Shown: positions 1-13,854 of the stretch, one piece after another
Position numbering within the stretch: the stretch's first letter is position 1
Layout: each line of letters begins with the position of its first letter
Origin: Argiope bruennichi
Lineage: Eukaryota
Assembly: GCF_947563725.1 (NCBI RefSeq)
Contig: NC_079159.1
Coordinates: 100,177,559 to 100,241,558, forward strand
Length of the DNA: 64,000 nt
Direction of reading: 5' to 3'
Notes under the pieces: model-generated
Databases searched by the model: none
The model's input: only the letters and a program-made list of their open reading frames with translations
Told to the model about the DNA's origin: nothing
Position numbers and translations under genes: made by a program

Positions 1-1270
1 CACTGAAAATATCATCCACATTGTACTAGAATTCAATGTTTTCTCTATATTTAAGGAAATTCATTATAACAAATTCTTTATTTCATCAGAAAAGAATCAA
101 AACAGTAAAATTTCTTAGAATGAAACTATTCAATTCTTTATAAAAAACATTGAAAACGTTAATTACAATTCAATGCAATTAATAAAGACCATTCAAAACC
201 CTTATTTAACCTTCTCTTGTAATCTTTTGAACATAATGATTAGATGATGGATATAAGTATAAAACATAATCTGAATTCTCTAATATATAGTCTAACTATA
301 AATTACCTTCACAAAAATTTTCCTTATATTTGTTCCACTGCAGTTTTAAAAATCAATGTTTGCAAACAAAATTCGTTATACCTATAGTAAAGATTATAGC
401 TATTGCACATCAAAGCAGATTTTATAGTGTAAATGCATTATATTAGAAAGTAATAATATGTTTAATACTAATTAAATTTGGTTAACAGTTGAATCGCAGA
501 GAATACAGTTTGTGTTATTTCTAATTAACTCTGCATAACTTAATGTTCATGATTCCTGCAAGAAAATATTGTCAAGTATCAAATTTTAATTTAAAAAATA
601 GCCTCATATTTGTTATGTACATTGTGTAAATGGAACAACCTAAAGTTATCAAGTCCCATGACATAGTGCTTTTAAAAATGTAACTTTTATGACTATCTTT
701 TAATTTTTTTATTTCTATATAAAGTACACAGATATTAAGCAAAATCCTTCCTTAGCTTTCAACATTGGAAGAAAATCATGCGATTAAATATTTGATGAAG
801 CAATGAAGATGGTTTGAACATTAGTTCAACAATAAAATCTGTTAGAAATTATGCCACGAAAAAAATTGTCAAAATTCAGGAAAAAATTGCATCAATATAG
901 ATCAGTATAGTTAAAGAAAATTCGTTAGAATTTCATATGTTCTAAAATTAAATAAGAATGTTTGAGATTCTTGTGGAAATATGCTTCTATCTTGCTTAAT
1001 TTTTTAATGAAATAAATTTTTTTAAATATTTGCCCATTCTGCAAAATTTATTGGCGCCAAATTTGGTAGCTGTAGGTAAAACGGTCTGGCTAGTAGAGTG
1101 CAATAAATACACATTTGCCTTTATTAATAGTAGAGATTATATATATATCATTTCTATGGATGGAAAACTTTTTAATTTATGAAAGAGCTTTTTAATAAAT
1201 TGACACAAAATATTCATTATACTTCTTTATTTTTCATAAAAATAAAGAAAGTAGATTCAATAGTATAGCA

Positions 1271-2892
1271 CAGGGGTGTTTGTGCTCCGGGGATTTTGAA
1301 CTTCGATACCCGGAAATTCCGGGGATCGTCGTTCAAAAGGAAGTAGGAATAATAATGAATTATTTATTTTGATCTGGGCGATTTTGTTTGCTTTGAAAGC
1401 AGAAAACGCAAGGTCAGCGTGTGTGGTGAAAACTTTTCCTTTCTTTCTCCAAAGGCAGTGATAATGCGTGAAAAGGGGGAAAAAACTTCTTTTTTGTTCT
1501 TTCCTTATTGCGAGTTATGACTCATTCCCCCGTTTCTCGGACATTCTCTTCTGGATTCTTTTCGGCAAGTAGGCACGGCAGAAAAAAAAAGGGAGAGACT
1601 TCGCGACCAGATGTGCGATCACGTGACTCTGGGTTCAAAGGTCTTATCTCTCCTGGCGTGGCGCCAATAAGTAGAGAAGGGGGATTTTTCGCCTTATTAG
1701 CTATTTGTCATTGATCGCTTCGCAACTTTTTTTTCTCCGCTGTGTAAAATTTTTGTTTCATTTATTGATGCACGTGTAAATTTTTCGTTTCTCTTATTGA
1801 AATATTTTTTTATTTATGTACGCAAGAGAATTTCACTTTGAAATTTCAGCATATGAAACAGAAATTACCCCTTAAAAATTCATATCTAATTAGTTTTACA
1901 GCATTAGATCCAGAGCTAAGAGGTAAAACCAGTACAATATTAGCTTTTGAAAAATTATCATGTCCCATATTTTTAGTGATAATGAAAAGTCAAAAGTAGA
2001 AGCTGAAATAAGGTTATACCAGAGTGATATTGATATCACCAAAGAAATGCTCTACACATCTGATGAAAGTGGAAATCAAGTCAAGTGTACAATTGATAAA
2101 TATTGGTCTAAAGTTTTTAATTTAAAAGATGATTTCACAAATGATTATAAGTATCCTACATTGGCTAAATTGGTCAAAGCCTGCCTTAGCTGCTTCCATG
2201 GCCCATTAGTGGAAAGTGCATTCAACTTAATGGATACACTTGTCACTGACTATAGAACCTCTCTTAAGATTGATTCCCTAGATGCAGTGCAGACTATTAA
2301 ATATGATTTAATGGCTTCTAAAGAAACCTCATGTGAAAAATATGGCTCAAAAAATCCAATTCACAAAGATCTCTAACTGAATATGAACAGAAGTTGGAAA
2401 ACATATCAAGAGGACTTAAAAACATGTATTTCAGATGAGTCACCTATAAAAGTCTCTGAAAAACCTTTTACATTAGCAGAAAAGCAAACTGCTTCTACCT
2501 CTGCATGTGCAGTTCTCGAGGAAATTTCTTCAACTGTAAATGAGGAAAATAAAAGTCAATCTTCCTGCAATTATGAAGTTCACCACAAAAGAAAGACAAG
2601 CCCACAAACATCAGAAAATAAAAAAAAGCAGCAGAAATTAGATAATTTTTTAAAAGAATTAATTCAGGTAATTTAAAATATTTGCATAAAATGTAGTAGT
2701 TTATATGTTTGAAAATTTATGGTTATTAATTTTGCAAAAAAAGTAATTCATTGAACTTTTATAATTAGGTCATTCAATATTTCATAATTGTAATTTTTCA
2801 TTTCTCCCCCCCCCCTTCTCGAAACTCCAAAATGCCGGTAGTAAGTCCGTAAAAGTTTCAGGGGATTTTTTGGGGTCCCACAAACACCCCTG
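1271..2892 (+). mobile_element. hAT-like non-autonomous (internally deleted) DNA transposon
   Basis: Seen directly: the terminal inverted repeats are CAGGGGTGTTTGTG (1271-1284) and CACAAACACCCCTG (2879-2892), a 14-bp perfect inverted pair. The CAGGG start is the canonical hAT-type terminus, as in Ac CAGGGATGAAA. A direct repeat ATAGCA immediately flanks both ends, which is a candidate target-site duplication. The element keeps only a hAT C-terminal ORF (1960-2376) and lacks the BED/DDE catalytic region. Confidence 0.6.
1960..2376 (+). CDS. Remnant of hAT transposase C-terminal dimerization (hATC) domain
   Basis: The translation is ...DKYWSKVFNLKDDFTNDYKYPTLAKLVKACLSCFHGPLVESAFNLMDTLVTDYRTSLKIDSLDAVQTIKYDL. 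It follows the hATC consensus (..WW..n...yP.Ls.lA...Lsip.ss..sER.FS..g.i.t..R..L....v..l.flk.n). The motifs KYPTLAKL, PLVESAF (for SER.FS) and the SL...D....IKYDL tail line up. The ORF ends where hAT transposases end. This is recognised from memory of the family, not from a database hit. Confidence 0.5.
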   Translation: MSHIFSDNEKSKVEAEIRLYQSDIDITKEMLYTSDESGNQVKCTIDKYWSKVFNLKDDFTNDYKYPTLAKLVKACLSCFHGPLVESAFNLMDTLVTDYRTSLKIDSLDAVQTIKYDLMASKETSCEKYGSKNPIHKDL

Positions 2893-4880
2893 ATAGCATA
2901 AAACTATTCTGCTACTTTTATTAATTTGGATGCACTATTTAACATATTTTTAAATTGAATCTAGTTATTCATTAATATGGTTTTATGCTTATGTGCAAAA
3001 TCTGGCTCAAATAGGGGTATTTGATTCCAATTCAGGATTGTTCCTATTAATCCAATACTTCATAGCAATTCTGCACAATACTACATAAAATATAGAAGGT
3101 AAAAAGTGATTTATTGTTATTTAAGGCTTCAAAGACATTCTCTTTTACAGGAATGATATTAACTTATTAAACAATAACTAAATTTACAAGAAAACAAATT
3201 TTTCATGTATCCTTCTGAAAGGTTATTTTATATAGTCAGTATAAATAGAGAAAGGTTAATTATAGTCAACATAATAGTTTTTTTCAAATTACTTTTCTAC
3301 TTAGACTGAACAACAGAAACAAATTTTGAAAAAGTTTTTTTTTTTCTTTCTTTCTTTCTACACATACGTGAATAATTTTTTCAACCGGATATCTCCTTGG
3401 ACTTCGCAGTATCAAGTCAAATTTGAGGAAGTACATTTACAGATCTGGATGGGATTTTGAGTTAGGCGTTTTTAGGAATATTCTAATAACGAAATAAACA
3501 TAATGTAACTTATATAGGAATCCCGCCAATTATACATGATTTAATAATAATCTTATCCTAATATTTTATCATTCTGAAAATTGTATTTTTTACAATTATA
3601 TATTTGGTAACTGCGAAAATAAAGTTTTTTAATCGATTTGCTTGCGACCCTAGCAACTATTTAATCTGTTTAATTGGAAATCCGCCCTGGCTGAATTCTT
3701 CACTATGTCACAAAAAGTTAAACAATTTATAGGACTAAAAGAATTTTTTCATGGTTAGTATATACCGGATAGCACAACCTGTCACGCAATATTGTATAAT
3801 ATCATCAATATTTAACGTTTTCATTATTCTTTTATATCAGTCAGTATTATACAAAATTACGAATATTGTTTAATAATATTATACAATATTTATATGATAC
3901 TAAAAGTTATAAAGATTACTTATTTGACACTTAAAAACATTGCTGGAATTTTTTGTTTCTTAGACCATTTACATACTCTTCAAATATTTATGGAATTAAC
4001 AAAATTTTACATTTTGAAACATGATTTTGCTCAGGTTTTACAAAACCTTGCTTTCGATGCACTTTAGTTTCATTACGAAGATTCCAACCGAAGTGTAATG
4101 AATCCATTGAAACGGATTTCCTACCGCAATCAATGTTCGAATACCATTCTACAACACGCTTGGATTGTTTTTGATTCAAATCATGCCGATTCAACATGAA
4201 ATAAAGAAAGTAAAAATGATCGTCTTGCTTTTAGAATCTTTTATAACAATAAATTAGTATCAGAGCGTTCAGAATTACTCTTTCCTAAAGCATTTTATTT
4301 CTATTTCCAACTAGAAATAAATTAACCAATTATATAGGGAATTACTGCCATGAATGTGTTTCAGGCGCATGTTAAATCTGATTTCAAGGATCAAATCCTC
4401 TTCAACTGAAGGACGCAATGTATTCACCATTTTGAACTGAATTACCATGACCATACTGTCATGGTTCAAAATTATGAAATTGATTCCGGAATAGTCCTCG
4501 TACTTCAGAACGAGGCATTAATCTGTAGTGAATGCCTGTCATAAATCATATATACATATTATAAATCATATATATCTATCAGAAATCATATCAAATATCT
4601 ACAGGCTCTGTCGAGGCTGTGTGTGAACGTAATTGGCGCGCCTTTCATCATCCGGGTATGCTTCTAAAGAAGCTATTCTCTTCGGAACTCTCTCGCGCAC
4701 TGCCTCGGTAAAGCTCGTAGTAAAAATCAAATGTTTAATTTCTTTAGTTAAATGTAAATAAAATTATTGTTCTAAAACGTCCCAATGATTGGAGTCGCAA
4801 CAATTACACGCAATTCTAATTACGATAAATCTAACAGTTTTCATCAGTCGTTTATACATTTCTTCTTCTAATTAAACGTA

Positions 4881-5167
4881 GGGCTGCGGTGGCCTGGTGG
4901 TAAGGTCTTGGCTTCGAAACCGGAGTGTTTCAGGTTCGAGACCCGATTCCACCGAAGAACCGTAGAGTAAGCGGGCCTGGTGCACGCTAAATCCGTTGGG
5001 GCCAAACATCCTCCCTCTGATGAGGTGCGGAAGTTTGAAAAGAGGGTGTCAACTCGGATGTCGCCCTCGTTATCTGACCGCGATTCAGAATTACGAGGTC
5101 TGTCTCAAAATAGCCCTAGTGCTGCTTTAAAACGCGTTATTAATGTAACTAAACCAAATCTAATTAG
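4881..5167 (+). mobile_element. tRNA-derived SINE, copy 1 (same family as 20381-20661)
   Basis: About 285 bp, collinear and roughly 75-80% identical to 20381-20661. The head has tRNA-like A/B-box-like motifs (GCCTGGTGGTAAGG ... GGTTCGAGACCCGATTCCACCGAAG) but does not fold into a valid cloverleaf. The body and tail (GCTGCTTTAAAACG...TAACTAAA) are shared between the two copies. Confidence 0.7.
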
Positions 5168-8100
5168 ACGTTTTTATAATTAAAATACCTCTTCAGTTTT
5201 CTCTCCTCGATTACCTCGTATATTAACATAGTATAAAATACAGGAAACAAAATTATGCTGCGATTTTTTTTAGTCTGCTTTTATTTTATTTTTTAAATCT
5301 CTTTCTATTTGTAGTAATTATTTTAGCACATCCGAGTAAAATTTACGATGACTGCAATTATACACTCGTCATGCTGTATTTACATCGTCATTTATGTACG
5401 AAGCAAAATTTAAAAACACATTGTCAGGAGTATAGAAAAACCAATCTGAAGTGATAAGTAAACCGGATTTTCCAGAATTACACTAAAATCTGAAATATTT
5501 TGAATTCATAGATGAAGGTCACTGCATTTTGAAAGTAATCAAAATATTTCTCCTTGAATTCGCTGATGTCATGTTTCTACACATTCTTTGAAATATTATT
5601 CAAAGAAGGTATCAATATATAAAAATGTGCTCGAGATGAAATGTCTTATTTTTTATGTGAAAATAAGATTGTTGGTTAGTAAAGTAGTTCTGATGCTGTA
5701 GTAACGAAAGCATAGATCCTGGTTATCCGTTTTGGGAGTCACCGCGAAGACAAAACACAAATGCATTTAATTTGATTTTTAGTGTTCAGTTTGGTAAAAG
5801 AAGTGTAAAAATTGTACTTTGCGTACTATTTTCAGTGGCATAACATACTATTTACCACCTTCTACAGGAATTGTTGTTCCTTTGACTGGATTTATTACGG
5901 AAACAAACCTAAATGGGAAAATGATTTTTAATTACATAAAACAATAAGGTAATAAAACAGTATAAATATAAAACAATAATTCTTGAGTAAAATCCAAGTT
6001 TTTATACATAAGAAATACTATGTACAAAATTTAGTTGTTTTAAATTGATTCGTTTCTTTTTAAATATTGATCATACTATTACATAAAAAAAATGAGGAAA
6101 ATATTTACTGAATTTTATAGTTTGAAAATAAATAAATAAATCCGATATCGTTTTCAGTTTTTGAAAAAAAAAAAAAAATCTGACATCGTTTTCAGAATTA
6201 ATCTTTCAAGAAAGCATTTTTATGTGCCTTTTTTTCTGTCAAAGCAGTAGATTTTCTTTTGAGTTCCTTTCCATGTTAGTTTGGGAGACATTCTTTGATT
6301 TCAAAGTTTATAAGGTTAACCATTCAGAACTGTTCGTGATAATCATTGTTTAAAATTTTGATCTTCCTTTCCTTTGCTGAGTTTTGGAATAGACCTCAAA
6401 TTTTCAGGGGATATAACTGTAGAAGTTGATGATATATTAGACTTATATTGGTGAAATTTAAATTACAGATGAAGGTAGAAACTCATTGTCAGCAAAAAGA
6501 TTCCCACTATAGGGAATAAAGGTTAATATTGAATCCTTTCATGATTTTATTTGGTCGTGGATTTGGTAAAAATAAATACAGCCAGTTTAGTTGCATCATG
6601 TATGACAACATGTTTACCTCTGATACTTGGGATTTAGTTGCTCATTGCCTAGTTGTAATTAGTTTTGAATGAAACAAATACACCTTTATCTCTATTCGAT
6701 CTTTGGTATGGATGAAAAGGCATGATAATCACATCATTGTTTTTGACCGTCTCAGTATTAGGAATGTCACGTGAATTTTATAGTTATCAATAAATAACAA
6801 AGCCTTAGGGCTAGGTTAGATATGATTGATAAAATTCTTGAATTAAAATGTCGCATTCGATGATCCAAGTTGTCTGCAGCAGTTGCACCAAGTGGAACTT
6901 CATTTAGCATGAATAGTTTGAAGTTCTCTCAAGGGAACAAAAATAGAAGGGGATTTTATTTCAAGCACTTACTGAAACTATTATTTCTATCAATGTCCCT
7001 CTTTAAGCAGAAATCCTCAACTGATTTGGATTTTTTCTTTCAGTGCTAAAACTTAAGAAGATCTATGAACCGTAACTATCTTCATTTCATATGTCAGGAA
7101 GTTGAAATGAATGACATTGAAGATTTTTTTTTTTTAATTTAGAGAAAAATTGCAAAGACAATCTCTTTATTGAAGGTTTGTAGCTTAGTTAAGCTTGTTC
7201 CTTGTGATTTTCTTACTAAGAATTATTATTGTGCATTTTCCAAATGTCTTGTAACCACTGTTTCCCTGATCTTTTATTCGCAATTCATGATGGATCTTAC
7301 TTTTTTTTATTGGCAATGATAAATTCATAAGCTAAACGCATTGCTTTGAAATTTTTAAAACCGAAATGCATTCAGCAGCTATGATTAAATAGTCTGCTAA
7401 CGTGAGTTCCTCATCCTCAACGATTGCCTTCATTAATTAGCTGAACAATGGGGTTATTGCAAATTCAGCATACGCAATTATTTTATTTAATTTAAATCCA
7501 AGATTACAATGGACTTCTTTATTTGAAAATGCCTTGAGGCCTCGTCAATTATCCTCTTTTATTTCTGCACAAATTTAATTTCGGTGTGCATCCCCTTTTA
7601 CTAGATTTTTTTTTTCTCATTATTCCTAGTCTTGCTTCTGGACATGACAACGAATTCCTTCAATAATTCAAAGAATATCATTATTATAGACTGTAAAAAT
7701 TTTTTTGAATAAATGCAAATAAATGATTTTTGCTTTACTATAAAACCTTTTTTTGTGTTTCTCTGGTCTTATCAATTTATATTTACACATAGGTATAAAC
7801 TCTTTAGAATGAAAAAAATATGTAAATATATTCAAATCATTGGAATATTTAAAATCCACAAACTTCAAATAAATAAGAAAGATTTTTGAAATTTCTTCAG
7901 AAGCGGTAAATTTTTTATTGTAAGCAGGGTCAATTTTATGCAGGATATTTTGTACTTTGAGTAAAACTTCAGGCACATTTTAAAAGAAAAAGGTTTTTCT
8001 TTTGCCGTTTGCAAGACGATATGATACCTCAAATGATTTTACTTAATACAATTGAATAAGTTTATCAACAAAATGCTTGACCATTTTCCCCAAAAAACTT

Positions 8101-11015
8101 TACCGCAACAAACATTTCAAGCTTTAATTTGACTCAATATCTTGGTTCAACATTTCATCGTATATTCATCAGATGTGTCATGCTAAGAAAAAGTTTAACC
8201 ATATTCATATCTGTTCTTCCTCTGATAATTTTCCCATTGACGAGCGGCCCCATTCCCAATTTGATTTATTTTAGAAATATTTGGAAGGGGTTGGTCATTT
8301 CTCATGAGCTATAAAATTGTGGAATCTCCCTCCTCCAAAAAATCTAAGAAATCTTTCGCACAGTGCATCAGGGGGCATTCTCCAAAATTGCAGAAGTAAA
8401 GACTTGTTTGAGGATCTCAAATTTGCCCAATAAAGTCTGGCGTCTGGATTTCTTGGAACGGACACACTTGACGTTTATCCTCAGTGATTCTTCGACAGAT
8501 ATTACAATTCGTTCAAATGCCTCTACACTGATTACTTTCTTATTAATCATATTAACCCTTATGTTCATTTTGTATAGTATACCATACAAACTTTATAAAA
8601 ATATACTACCACTATAAAATGATTTTTAACTTAGTTTTATTAAACACATGACATTTCTAGACGTTTATTTATACTTCAAAAATAAAAATAGTAGTTTATC
8701 TGTCATAATTTTAAATCAGTTGTGAAAAATAACCGTCAACATGCGCCTCTCAGGTTTATCTAAGGTAAGTTTTATTTTATTTTTATGTTTGTACCCCTAA
8801 ATATGTATGTTTATTATAAAATACACATGCCTAAATGTTTGTTCTTACACATTTTTATATATACATACCATTTTTTTTTCTTTTCTTCAAAAAAGCAATC
8901 TTGCCACGATGAGGGTTAAAATCAGAAAATTTCAAATGTGTTATAGCCTCTCCAAGTCATATTGCTCCTCGAATTATTAAGGTACTCATAAAGTAAGCAT
9001 AGAAATTACACGACTAGAAAAGTTTTGAGATAAAGGCACAATTGTTTTATTTTTACCTGTTCCTGGTGTAACATCGCCAAATTATACTTTAAATCGAAAT
9101 GTAACAAAAATTTTAAATCTAAAAGGTATTCCGAGATGAAGTTATATATTGATTTAAATAAAACTAGTAGCTTTAACTGTAGTTTGAATGAATAGATCTT
9201 TCGAATTATTTAAATTGGTGATTAAAAACAACAAGTTGATTTTAATGTTGATTGGTGATTGTTCAACAAGTTGAGAATAATAGCGCCAATTAAAAATTGT
9301 AAACAACGTATAAAGATAAAAACGAGCAAAAAGACGATCATTCGATGCCTTCTATCTGCAATAACATGATTGTCACTTTTATTGCTTTGTTCAGGTTCCT
9401 ATAAGGGAATGAAACATTTTTTTTGTTGTTGTTTTCAAAAATTGGCGAAATTTACAGTAATTAAAACTGTTCCACTCGTACATAATTAATGACTGGACCA
9501 TAGAAGCTAGATTCATTAAAAATTAGCAACGATCAGTTTTTCATCTGATTAATTTTACAATTTATGAATTTCCTATTACACTGAAAATGTAATATTTAAG
9601 ATAGATGTCCATTTTTTTTTCGGCAGCTGCTATGGCGTATGATTTCGTTCAGTTCTCAGTACAACGAAAGTTGTGTAGTGACCGCATAATGTAAATCACA
9701 ACTTTTGATCAATAGCGTATCATGAAATTTACAGTAAGTGTTACAAATAATATAATAATTTATAATACAAAAGACAGCAGGAAAATATTAAATCCGACTG
9801 TCAAATTCAGCTCAGCCAAAACGTGGCGCCAATAAAATTCAAAATCCGACAGTGAAATTCGAACTCGATTTTTTTTCTCATATCTCCTTAACTCTCAGGT
9901 TTTTAGGACACATATCCTTTTAGTAAGTTTGTTTGAGAGTTTATAGTTAAGAGTTATTTTCGAAAATATTGAGGTTTGTAAGCATGGATTAAATTAATAG
10001 ATGTGTGTGTTTTTAAAATCACAAAATTATGCTAGGAAGTTCCATCCCTAGTGGTGAAAACATAATTTAAGAAGCTTTACTCCAACCAATTCGGAATACT
10101 TTTTTTTTTGCAACTTCTGGGGAGAAACAAAATTATTGTTACATACATAATTGTAATATTTCTATACTATATGAAGTACGATATCTAAACAGCTTGCAGA
10201 CATGAAAGATTTAATTGGACGGAATGATGCATCATTTATACTTTTTGAAGTAATTAAGATTAAAATAACTGATGGAATGGCACAGGCTTTCCACATCTCA
10301 TGCATTTCATTGTCACTGTCATTGCCGAGTGCTGTTTCAATAACTTTTTTTTATACTGACATCAAATTTAATTATACACGTAGACGAAAGAGATCTACTA
10401 CGAATGCTTGACAGCAAAAGTATTGCTTGATTTCTATTGTATAAAAGGACCCTTTTTCTGGTCTTCTCTTCAAATATTGGAGTAGAAAATGTTGTTCTTG
10501 AGTGGTATAATTTCTTTGGGTTTGTCCCTACTTCTTGCATCAGGTAAATATATCTTAATTTTCCAATGTGCATATAATATCACTACGGAAGTAGATAGTC
10601 TCCATATGAGCAAACAGTATAGCGCCAATATATATGAAAAGTTTGATTTATAATACCAGATTTCATTATATATCTGATACAATGTGAAATAGGTTTAACA
10701 TACTTTTTATTAATTATATGAGCATTCCTCCAGATTTAACACGGACATGTTTTTTGCTTACGTGCATTGCGACCTCTTTTTACGATATGAGTATGTTAAA
10801 AGAATTTGCTAAATTTCTACTACATACTCAACATTTACTGGCATGCGCAATTAAACATTTTCATATAGATGTACTGCCTCCAAATTTTTAAAATTTTTAT
10901 ACTTTAATCTAATTTATTAGCTTAATTGGACTTGATTTCTCCAATAATTATTGATTGATAATTAATTCCTATTACAGATAAATAATTATTGATATTTCAA
11001 TGGATATAAACTATA

Positions 11016-11915
11016 CAGGGTGTTCCATAAAAGTGGAATGAGCGTCTTTTCCCTTCACTATTGCAATTAAACATGTACTTTTAATAACAAAGTTTTATTA
11101 AATAAGGTAGCCACTTTTGTGAAAATATTAGACTTCCTAGCGCGGGTATAGTAAAATTAAATTTTTTATAAAGCTTCTTTACCTAAAAAGTTTGAATAAA
11201 ATGTTTTTCCTCATTTATCTATAAGAAAATAAGGTTTCATGCTTCTGTCTATAAAGTTTGCTGAGATAATTAATAGTGAAATTTATTGACTTTTTCATAC
11301 CTCTAACCAGTGCCTGAGCGAGACTTTTTCAATTTCAACATACCACAAAAGATTATTAAAAGACAGAATCAAAAAATTATAACTCCTTTACTAAATTTTA
11401 TTAAAATTAAAAAATGAGCCACCTTTGTCATCTATATAAAGTTGCATTCTTTTAAAATACTAGAGGATATCCGATTGAACTTATCATTTGTTACTTAATG
11501 ACAGGTTTTTTGAATTCGCAGTCAAATATCTACGGGGGATATACTGCTAAAACCAATTCCTCCCTTAGTTCAGGCATAATGCCAATCAAAACTAACTGAA
11601 TGTGTCGGTCACCATTCAATGTAATATTGTTCAAAATGGAACCGAACAAAAAGATTCTAAAAAAGCCACATCCCATATTTATAGAAAATATCCACCGATG
11701 ATAAACCTCCTTTTCGAAGAATTGATTTTTACTATGCCAGAAGCGGTAGTTTCAAAGATCAATGCTTCTCTATTAAATAAAGCACCATTCGTCTGTCTAA
11801 ACAGCTTTTTTCAGAAAAAAGGATTTGAGATTGTCAAAAGTGAGACCAAATTGCAAGGTTCTGGACGTGTTGTCCATGTCGCTATTGTATCAGTCCATGG
11901 AATGCATGAATACTA
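11016..11915 (+). mobile_element. 5-prime-end fragment of a Tc1/mariner-type element (same TIR family) abutting element 11918-14167
   Basis: It starts with TA followed by CAGGGTGTTCCATAAAAGTGG, the same TACAGGGTGT-type terminus as the elements at 11918 and 15184. No matching inverted end was found before 11918. The internal ORF 11602-11958 has no recognisable domain. Confidence 0.3.
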
Positions 11916-11917
11916 TA

Positions 11918-12200
11918 CAGGTGTCTCAAAAATCTTGATCGCGGCTTTTATTTCTTAAATATTGTTCAGAGACATATACTGTTGTGTAAAAATACAAGTT
12001 GTGTAAAAAAAGGTGCAAAATGTAATGAAATCGATTGAAATTTTCAGCGGATTAAACCTAAAAAAAATACAAAATTTAAATTTTTATACGGACCCCGTAT
12101 AAAATAATCCCAATAAGTAAAATGTGCCCCATCCTCTAATAAGTCATGTACAAAATTTAATAATTTTATCATGAAAACTCTCAAAGATACGTTAAAACAA
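11918..12200. repeat. Left long TIR of the mariner-like element
   Basis: Inverted match to 13855-14167, read directly from the sequence. Confidence 0.7.
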
Positions 12201-12616
12201 TGTTGGTGGAGGGTCAATCACAAATTAAAATGCAAATGTTTACATCTTCAGCGCAGATGAAGCGACGCAGGAATGCCTCATAAGGAAATAAAAATATGCT
12301 TCATATCTTTAGTTTTAAATATAAATTTTAAAATCTATGCTTCCTGAAAAATACTTTAAAATTTTGTATCATGAATTAAAGAATATAACTTAAAAATAGC
12401 AAAGTCAATGAACTTGTAAAAAAACTTAGAAATGTTTGCATATGCAAATATATGCCTCTAATTGGTGGGTCCCATAATCTCAACAGACGCATCATTATAT
12501 TATGTTATTTCTGCTCTGTCATTGATCAATCGCATAGCTTACGTAAGGATAACTCGCACATCAATATTTCGCACTTCTGCTACATTTTGAGAATGCAATT
12601 AGCCTGTACAAACATT

Positions 12617-13477
12617 ATGTCACAATACAGCAATGAAGAACTTTTTGATATCCTAGTGCTTTACAGTTTATGCAATCGCAATGCTAGCGAAACTGCAAGG
12701 AAATTTCGGCGTAAATATCAATTCCCGACATCCTTCTGGGATCCTTATTTCCAGATTAGTACAACGAATGTGTGAAGCGTACATCCTGTAGGTGAACCTG
12801 GTAGGCGCATACTTCACTCAACTGATGAAGAAATTAATATTTTGGCTTACTTTTGCTGTCATCCACATAGTAGTGTTCGTATTGCTGCTTCAGAAATGAA
12901 CCTATCAAGAGCAGCAGTGTGGAGAATACTGAGACGGAATAGGTGGCATCCCTTTAGCATTCATGGTGTGCAGGAACAGGAGCCAACAGATTTTCTACGT
13001 CATCTAGAATTTTGTAATTAGGCTCTTAATCAAGAAGATGCTAATCCCTCTTTCTTGAAAAACATAATTTGGACAGTCGAATTCTGTTTTAAACAAGATG
13101 AATGCAAAAATCCTCAAAATGAACACTTTTGGTCACTTTTTTTTTTTGCTATTTATCATCAGAGGCATTTTTCTATGAATACATGGTGAGGTATTTCCAA
13201 AAACCGCTTTCATGGACCCATACTGTATGGTACGTTGACGGGAGACAGATATGTGAATGCGATTCTGAATGTGGTTATTCCTGATTTTACGCAGGAATTT
13301 CCTCTAACAGTGCTTCCACGTGTTTGATTCCAACATGATGGATCTCCAGCTCACCATGCTATAGTTGTGAAACACTGGTTAAATAACGAGTTTCCAGATA
13401 AGTGGATTGGCTTGCATGGTCCAATAGAATTTCCAACTAGATCGCATGATTTAACGCTTATGAATTTTCTTTCTTTC

Positions 13478-13509
<32 letters not shown>

Positions 13510-13688
13510 GGTGGAGTCGTTTAAGTACAACGGTTTATTTGTCACCTCCCTTAAATAAAACAGAATTGCAATAACGCATTTTAGAGGGTTGTCGTGACAT
13601 CACCGAACAAGAACTTGACAGAAGTATCATCAGACGAATGCATCTCTGTATTGGCATCGAAGGAAAACAATTTGAACAAGTTATGTAA
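12617..13688 (+). pseudogene. Tc1/mariner (maT-like, DDE_3) transposase pseudogene with frameshifts and stop codons
   Basis: The N-terminus is MSQYSNEELFDILVLYSLCNRNASETARKFRRKYQF (HTH of DUF4817 type).
Shifted frames then give GRRILHSTDEEINILAYFCCHPHSSVRIAASEMNLSRAAVWRILRRNRWHPFSIHGVQEQEPTDFLRHLEFCN (second HTH), then NIIWTVEFCFKQDECKNPQNEHFWS (the FSDE..F.L.G..N.QN.R.W block).
Next come YVNAILNVVIPDF...FQHDGSPAHHAIVVKHWLNNEFPDKWIGLHGPIEFPTRSHDLTLMNF (the FQQDGAPAH...GPIEWPARSPDL block), and a C-terminal ITEQELDRSIIRRMHLCIGIEGKQFEQVM followed by a stop.
Several frame changes are needed to read through. Confidence 0.75.
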
Positions 13689-13854
13689 TCTTTTCTTTAA
13701 GTTATTATTTTTACAAATTTTTAATACTTTTGAACCAATAAATAGCAAAATTATTATTTATTTATTCACTCATTACTTTCTTTATTAATTTGTGTACGAC
13801 CCCTAAAACACGAATATCCGACATGATTTTTCTCCTTTGCGAAATCTTATCCAG

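Noticed and set aside
3620-3700. A short similarity between 3620-3700 and 29340-29410 (TTTTTAATCGAT.TGCTTG.GACCCT...).
   Set aside because: It is only about 45 bp with several mismatches. It may be a fragment of a repeat, but the evidence is insufficient to call a family.
4881-4960. Possible tRNA genes at 4881, 20381 and 47590, which have tRNA-like GGTTCGAG/GTTCGAAC motifs.
   Set aside because: The acceptor and T stems do not pair into a cloverleaf. Each is followed by a shared non-tRNA body. They are interpreted as SINE heads or tRNA pseudogenes.
8363-8617. Overlapping sense and antisense ORFs 8363-8617 and 8368-8589.
   Set aside because: There are no recognisable motifs or splice context. 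They are consistent with chance ORFs.
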